NCBI RefSeq assembly: GCF_963921235.1
Contig: NC_086104.1
Coordinates: 151,032,001 to 151,096,000 of the forward strand
Source: Mobula hypostoma
Lineage: Eukaryota
Direction of reading: 5' to 3'
DNA: 64,000 bases
This document shows positions 63,202 to 64,000 of this stretch, piece after piece (position 1 is the first letter of the stretch; the number at the start of each line of letters is the position of its first letter). The notes beneath the pieces are model-generated. The model did not search any database. It was given only the letters and a program-made list of their open reading frames with translations, and was not told where the DNA came from. Position numbers and translations under genes: made by a program.

Positions 63202-64000
63202 TAATCTTCTAACAGCAGGATAGCGGCTATTCTTGAGACTGGTTGCATGTGTTCTTGAGCTCTTGCGTCTTCTACCCAATGTAAGTTCTAAGTAAATTTT
63301 ATTATCAAAGTACATATATGTCACCATATACAACCCTGCAACTCCTTTTCCTGTGGGCATATTCAGCAAATCTATAGACTGGTAACTATAACAGGATCAC
63401 TAAAAGACCAACCAGAGTGCAGAAGATGACAAATTGCAAATGCAAATTTAAATACATAGAAATAAAAAACGAGAACATGAAATAATGAGATAGAGTCCTT
63501 AAAGTGAGATCATTGGTTGTGGGAACATCTCAATGGATGGGCAAGTGAGTGTAGTTACCGGCTTTTGTTCAAGAGCCTAATGATTGAGGAGTAGTAACTG
63601 TTCTTGAACCTGGTGGTGCGGGTCCTGAGGCTCTAGTACCTTATACCTGATGGCGGTAATGAGAGAGTGTATGGTTTGGGTGGTGGATGCTGCTTTTTTT
63701 TCTATGACTGATGTTTCATGTAGATGTGCTCAATGGTTGGGAGGGCTTTACCCATGATGTACTGGGCCAAATCCCAGTACCTTTTGTCAGATTTTTCCTT
63801 TCAAAGTTGCAGGGTGAAAGGAATAGCTGAGGTGGAAAGGGTCCTTGATTATGATGGCTGCTTTCCCAATGCAGTAGATAGTGTGGACAGTCGATGGAGG
63901 GGAGGAATGTTTTTGTCATGGTGGAAGTGAATGCTAAACTTCTAGTATGGTCTTCATGGTCTGAAGGCCCTGTTTCTATGTTTTGATGCCCGTTTGTGGC

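Noticed and set aside
1-64000. CRISPR array or prokaryotic system
   Set aside because: Spliced vertebrate genes throughout; no regularly spaced repeat-spacer array seen.

Overview
Eukaryotic (vertebrate) genomic DNA. The repeat content (CR1, Rex1/Babar, Penelope, V-SINE-like SINEs, Tc1/hAT MITEs) suggests a cartilaginous fish, probably a batoid; this is inference. Three spliced genes are present. (1) The 5' end of MOB1A on the minus strand (coding exons 20007-20020 and 2729-2895). (2) A complete 11-coding-exon hnRNP H/F-family gene on the plus strand (ATG 22520, TAA 38317, 458 aa, three qRRMs, HNRNPH3-like C-terminal half), head-to-head with MOB1A. (3) The first three coding exons of MTHFD2 on the plus strand (from 46780). 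There is one assembly gap (42701-42843). Most notable: an hnRNP H3-like gene between MOB1A and MTHFD2, where human has none (candidate retained ohnolog); its 139-nt G-run-flanked frameshifting exon, followed by a 21-bp plus 12-bp intronic RNA stem with sense-strand G-U pairs; and fold-back Penelope insertions with exact TSDs that carry minimal hammerhead ribozyme motifs. Most ORFs in the supplied track are repeat-derived or spurious. Exon boundaries were read by hand, repeat boundaries are approximate unless a TSD is quoted, and comparisons with human sequences are from memory.
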